From an uncultured Gemmatimonadales bacterium (GTDB taxonomy: Bacteria; Gemmatimonadota; Gemmatimonadetes; Gemmatimonadales; Gemmatimonadaceae): 64,000 nt of DNA. The notes under the pieces were generated by a model. It worked only from the letters and a program-made list of their open reading frames with translations. It did not search any database and was not told the origin of the DNA. Shown one piece after another: positions 60,032 to 64,000 of this stretch. Each line of letters begins with the position of its first letter. The stretch's first letter is position 1. The stretch spans positions 864,001 through 928,000 of the forward strand of contig CAWBZV010000005.1 of the NCBI GenBank assembly GCA_963793305.1, in the 5' to 3' direction. Position numbers and translations under genes: made by a program.

Positions 60032-61093
60032 TCAAGCCCTGGGGTGATATCCCGTGGTCAACTCTCCCCGCGGGTGGCGCCACTTCGGTTCTTTATTGAG
60101 GGTCGTATTCGTAAAGGATCTCAGCGCTCGAATCGTGCGCCCGTAGATGCTGATGCTCGCGGCGGAGACTTTCGCGCCCGGCGGCTCATCCATGAACGGC
60201 ATGAACTTGTCGGGGAACCCGGGCATGGTGCATCCGATGCAGATGCCGCCGACGTTCGGGCACCCGCCGATGCCCGCCATCCATCCCCGCTTCGGCACGT
60301 TGCAGTTCACGACCGGCCCCCAGCATCCGAGCTTGACGATGCACTTGGGCGAGCCGTACTCGGTCGCGAAATCGCCTTGCTCGTAGTATCCGGCGCGATC
60401 ACATCCCTCATGCACCGTCTTCCCGAACAACCACGTCGGTCGTAACTGATCGTCAAGCGGAATCATTGGCGCGAGACCGGCAACCTGATACAGGAGATAG
60501 AGCACGGTCTCCATGAAGTTGTCAGGCTGCACCGGACACCCGGGCACATTGACAATCGGGACACCCGCTTTCGACCGCCAATCCCATCCGAGATAATCCG
60601 CGAGTCCCATGCACCCGGTCGGGTTGCCGGACATTGCATGGATGCCACCGTACGTGGCGCACGTCCCGATCGCGACAACTGCGAGGGCCTTTGGCGCGAG
60701 CCGATCGATCCATTCCGTGGTCTTGATCGGCTGCCCGGTTTTGGTGTCAGTGCCGAGCGCGGCCCAGTACCCATCGGGCCCGTGGATCTTCTCGTTCGGG
60801 ACTGAGCCCTCAACGACGAGCACGAACGGATCGAGCTTCCCTTGCTCGGCTTGATACCAGAACTTCATGAAATCCGAGCCGTTCTCAACCGCGAGAACGG
60901 GGTTGTGCAAATGGACCTTGGGCAAACCGGGAATAGCGCCGAGCAACACGTCTTCGATGCTCGGCTGTGTCGCCGCGGTAATCGAGACCGTATCGCCATC
61001 GCACCCCAGGCCGGCGGTCATCCAGACGATGTGGATCTCGGGAACCGGCGACGGCCGCTGCGTCTTGCGACCATAAGGCACGGTGTCGGGCAT
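60032..61093 (-). CDS. hhyS: Group 1h [NiFe]-hydrogenase small subunit
   Basis: GLGCDGD, VEGS, GTCATYGG, PGCP, HEGCDR, KLGCWGP, GGCPNVGGICIGC; no Tat signal. Confidence 0.95.
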   Translation of the reverse strand: MPDTVPYGRKTQRPSPVPEIHIVWMTAGLGCDGDTVSITAATQPSIEDVLLGAIPGLPKVHLHNPVLAVENGSDFMKFWYQAEQGKLDPFVLVVEGSVPNEKIHGPDGYWAALGTDTKTGQPIKTTEWIDRLAPKALAVVAIGTCATYGGIHAMSGNPTGCMGLADYLGWDWRSKAGVPIVNVPGCPVQPDNFMETVLYLLYQVAGLAPMIPLDDQLRPTWLFGKTVHEGCDRAGYYEQGDFATEYGSPKCIVKLGCWGPVVNCNVPKRGWMAGIGGCPNVGGICIGCTMPGFPDKFMPFMDEPPGAKVSAASISIYGRTIRALRSFTNTTLNKEPKWRHPRGELTTGYHPRA

Positions 61094-61151
61094 AGCCCCT
61101 CGATGCGCGTTGTGGTGGCTTTGAGATACCGACACGAGCCGGCCGCAACAA

Positions 61152-61190
61152 GCGGGGACATCCCGCGATGTCCTAGGGGAATCCCTTAGG
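61152..61190. promoter_or_regulatory. Paired GGG-N-CCC palindromes upstream of hhyS, candidate response-regulator sites
   Basis: GCGGGGACATCCCGC and CCTAGGGGAATCCCTTAGG with centres about 22 bp apart. Confidence 0.5.
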
Positions 61191-61202
61191 TCGAACCGCT
61201 AC

Positions 61203-61856
61203 TCAATCACTGCTCAGCCGCCACTCGATCGCGCGCTGCATCAACGCGCGCGCGCTCGGGAGCGACAGCTTGTCCTTGATGTGCGCTTGATACGATTCGA
61301 CGGTCTTGATGCTCAAATGCAGTTGCTCGGCGATCTCGCGCGTCCCGTGGCCGTCGCCGATGAGCCTGAACACTTCGAGCTCGCGGTCGCTGAGCGTCGA
61401 GACGAGGCTCTGCGGCGAGTTGCCTTGTTTCGAGACGAGCTGTTGCAGCATCGTGTTCGCGATGCGATCGCTGACGTACACCTCGTGGCGCAAAATGCGG
61501 CGGATCGCCACGAGCACCCGCTCGGTGGCTTCCTGCTTCATGATGTAGCCGTTCGCGCCCGCCCGCAGGGCTCGCTCGGCGTAGAGCGACTCGTCGTGCA
61601 TCGACAGGACGAGAATGGGCAGGTTGGTATCGGTCGCCCGAATGCTCTTCAGTAGGTCGAGTCCGTCGGGCCCATTGAGCGAGATGTCGAGTACCAAGAC
61701 GTCGGGATTGAGCGCGGCAAGCGCGGCGGGGACCGGCCAGGCTGCCTCAGCCTCGCCGCAGACTATGAGATCCGGCTCCTGATTGATGAGCAGCGTCAGG
61801 CCCTGTCGGACGATCGGGTGATCGTCGACGAGAAAGACGCGGTACCGATCGGTCAC
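61203..61856 (-). CDS. NarL/LuxR-family response regulator
   Basis: FLVDDHPIVRQGL, VLDISL, LSMH, GANGYIMK, LSDRELEV...SIKTVESY; GTGA overlap with the kinase stop. Confidence 0.93.
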   Translation of the reverse strand: MTDRYRVFLVDDHPIVRQGLTLLINQEPDLIVCGEAEAAWPVPAALAALNPDVLVLDISLNGPDGLDLLKSIRATDTNLPILVLSMHDESLYAERALRAGANGYIMKQEATERVLVAIRRILRHEVYVSDRIANTMLQQLVSKQGNSPQSLVSTLSDRELEVFRLIGDGHGTREIAEQLHLSIKTVESYQAHIKDKLSLPSARALMQRAIEWRLSSD

Positions 61857-63256
61857 GCGCGCAGCGGGAATCGACACGAGACCACCGTCCCGCGCTCCGG
61901 CCCGCGCCGCACTTCGACTGATCCGCCGACCAAATTCGCGCGATATCGCATGATGTGGAGCCCCAGTCCGCTTCGGCTCGGCAATGTGTCGGGCAATCCC
62001 ACCCCATCATCCTCGATAGTGATATTGCCCTCTTCCGCCGATCGCCGCAACGAGACGCATACGCGCGTCGGCCTGGCGTGGCGGATGGCATTGTTCACGG
62101 CCTCCTGCACGATGTGATACACCTGCGTTGCCACCCTCACATCGGGCACCTCGATAGGCTCATTGCACCGTATTTCACAAGGGATGCGAAAGAGGTCCTC
62201 GACCTCTCCGGCCCACCGCTTGAGCGCGGCGAGCAGACCCTCCGCGTCCGACAACACCGGCAGCAGGCCCCGGGACAGCTCGCGAGTCTTATTGATGGCC
62301 TCGTTGACGAGCCGGACGATCTTGGCTGCATCCGCCGGCTCGGCCATCTGCCCGTCGGCGAGCTTCTGCTCCAGGACCTTCGACATGAAGGCAATGCCCG
62401 TGAGATGCTGACCGAGGCCGTCGTGCAGATCCTGTGCGATCTGTCGCTGCACCGTGGTGCTGACATTGAGGATGGCCTCTTCCATCCGCTTGCGCTCCGT
62501 GATGTCGATGCCGGTCGCGATCACCGAGCCGGGGGAAAGCGTCGTGCACGACCAGGCAATGCGCCGCTGGCCTCCATCCGCATCGGTCAGCCAGCTCTCG
62601 AACTCGCTGCGAGCGACAGTCTGGGGAGGAATCGAGAACAACTCGCCGAACGATCGTCCGTTGGCCGTGCGCCCCAGCAACCGCTCGCACGCGCGGTTGG
62701 ACCGGATGATCTGCCCGGAGGGGTCCAGGACGACGATCAGCGCGCCGACAGTGTCGAGGATCCCGGACACGACGTTGCGCTCCTCTTGCAGCGCTTCCTC
62801 CGTGCGCTTGAGCTCCGTGATATCGAACGCGACTCCGTGGATGAACCACGGACGCCCGTCGTCACGCCGCACCATCTTGGCTTCGCAGTGGAACCACACC
62901 ATGTGGCCATCGCGCGCGATGACGCGATACGCCGATCGCAACGGCCGTCCCGTCAGGAACATCTCGGCCGCTTCGATGCTCCAGCGTGAGCGATCGTCCG
63001 GGTGCACCTGGTTGTACCAGCGCACGGGGTCCTCGAGCCATTCCGCTTGTGTGAATCCGAGCACTTCTTCGATCCGCGGACTCACATATGCTTCACCGAT
63101 GCCGCGGTCGAGGTAGGCCATGAAGACGACGGCTTGGACCTGCTCGACCAGCGTCCGGTACCGGGCCTCGAGCGTGTGCTCTTCCATCTGGCCCGGCGGT
63201 CCGACAAAGACCGACGCGAGCCCTACGAGCGTGGCCTCCGCTTCTATTTGATTCAC
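61853..63256 (-). CDS. Cytoplasmic PAS-PAS sensor histidine kinase (HisKA_3)
   Basis: YVSP...LG...W...VHPDD PAS with DITE, second PAS with DITERK, AQDLHDGLGQ, QEAVNNA, DDGVG, GLGL; no TM segment. Confidence 0.92.
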   Translation of the reverse strand: MNQIEAEATLVGLASVFVGPPGQMEEHTLEARYRTLVEQVQAVVFMAYLDRGIGEAYVSPRIEEVLGFTQAEWLEDPVRWYNQVHPDDRSRWSIEAAEMFLTGRPLRSAYRVIARDGHMVWFHCEAKMVRRDDGRPWFIHGVAFDITELKRTEEALQEERNVVSGILDTVGALIVVLDPSGQIIRSNRACERLLGRTANGRSFGELFSIPPQTVARSEFESWLTDADGGQRRIAWSCTTLSPGSVIATGIDITERKRMEEAILNVSTTVQRQIAQDLHDGLGQHLTGIAFMSKVLEQKLADGQMAEPADAAKIVRLVNEAINKTRELSRGLLPVLSDAEGLLAALKRWAGEVEDLFRIPCEIRCNEPIEVPDVRVATQVYHIVQEAVNNAIRHARPTRVCVSLRRSAEEGNITIEDDGVGLPDTLPSRSGLGLHIMRYRANLVGGSVEVRRGPERGTVVSCRFPLRA

Positions 63257-64000
63257 GTGCGCCGCTTGTTGAGGGAGGCCTGGGTAAACCGCCGCAGCGC
63301 GTGAATGGCCTTACCGTATGTCATGACCGCGGCCGTCGAGAGCAGGGAACCGGGCGGCTGATTCATGAAGGGTTGAAACTTGTCCGGAAATCCAGGCATA
63401 GTGCACCCGATGCAAATGCCGCCCACGTTGGGACAACCGCCGATCCCACTCATCCATCCCCGCTTCCCGACGTTGCACTGCACAACCGGTCCCCAGCAGC
63501 CGAGCTTCACAATGCAGGTCTTCGCTCCGTACGTATCGGCGAACTCACCTTGCTCGTAATATCCTCCACGATCGCACCCTTCGTGCACGGTGCTCTCGAA
63601 GAGCCAACGCGGCCTCAGCGACTCATCGAGCGAAATCATCGGCGCGCGTCCCGCCGCCATGTGCAATAAATAGAGCAGCGTCTCCATCATATTATCGGGT
63701 TGCACGGGGCAACCTGGGACGCATACGATCGGAATCTGCGCCTGGGACCGCCATTCCCAGCCCAGGTAGTCGGGCAAGCCCATGCAACCGGTCGGGTTGC
63801 CTTGCATGGCGTGAATGCCGCCGTACGCCGAGCATGTGCCCGCGGCGACGACGGCCCAGGCATTCGGCGCCAGGCGATCGATCCACGTGCACGTCTTGAT
63901 CGGTTCCTTCGTGGTTGGGTCAGTGCCGAACGATGCCCAGTAGCCTTCGCCGGCGAGCGATTCATCCGGAATCGAGCCTTCGACGACCAGGATGAAGGGG
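63253..64000 (-). CDS. Second group 1h-type small subunit paralog, C-terminally shortened (5' end beyond the window)
   Basis: Open to the edge: VEGSIP, GTCSAYGG, PGCP, HEGCDR, KLGCWGP, GGCPNVGGICIGC; ends SLNKRRT with GTGA overlap onto the kinase. Confidence 0.9.
   Translation of the reverse strand, partial: PFILVVEGSIPDESLAGEGYWASFGTDPTTKEPIKTCTWIDRLAPNAWAVVAAGTCSAYGGIHAMQGNPTGCMGLPDYLGWEWRSQAQIPIVCVPGCPVQPDNMMETLLYLLHMAAGRAPMISLDESLRPRWLFESTVHEGCDRGGYYEQGEFADTYGAKTCIVKLGCWGPVVQCNVGKRGWMSGIGGCPNVGGICIGCTMPGFPDKFQPFMNQPPGSLLSTAAVMTYGKAIHALRRFTQASLNKRRT

Noticed and set aside
63253..63260. Early stop of the second small subunit as a frameshift artefact
   Set aside because: The stop overlaps the kinase start (GTGA) and I see no EPKWRH-like tail in the other frames

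Overview
A GC-rich, gene-dense bacterial window. The GroES/GroEL N-termini and gene content suggest a soil Gemmatimonadota-like organism; this is inference, not a database result. I found no rRNA, tRNA, CRISPR array or transposase. Main blocks: (1) 1-16 kb: aldo/keto reductase, a beta-propeller sensor kinase, and a TolC-RND-MFP-PQQ/cytochrome c dehydrogenase-multicopper oxidase operon. (2) 16-29 kb: a DUF190/VOC operon, a KaiC-like ATPase plus kinase cassette between two paralogous lipoproteins, groESL, and a CarH/LitR-like MerR regulator whose B12-ligating histidines are replaced. The same 11-bp-periodic TGTC/GACA operator overlaps promoters at three sites in this block, including groES. (3) 29-46 kb: mixed accessory genes with two pseudogene scars. 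(4) 46.6-64 kb: a complete group 1h (high-affinity, atmospheric-H2 type) [NiFe]-hydrogenase cluster. Directly upstream lies a translationally coupled unit of a second, C-terminally shortened small subunit, a PAS kinase and a NarL regulator, which is a candidate H2/redox-sensing module. Five genes carry single-base +1 frameshifts, four of them explained by a doubled T before C, most likely systematic sequencing errors. All family names come from motif recognition, not searches.
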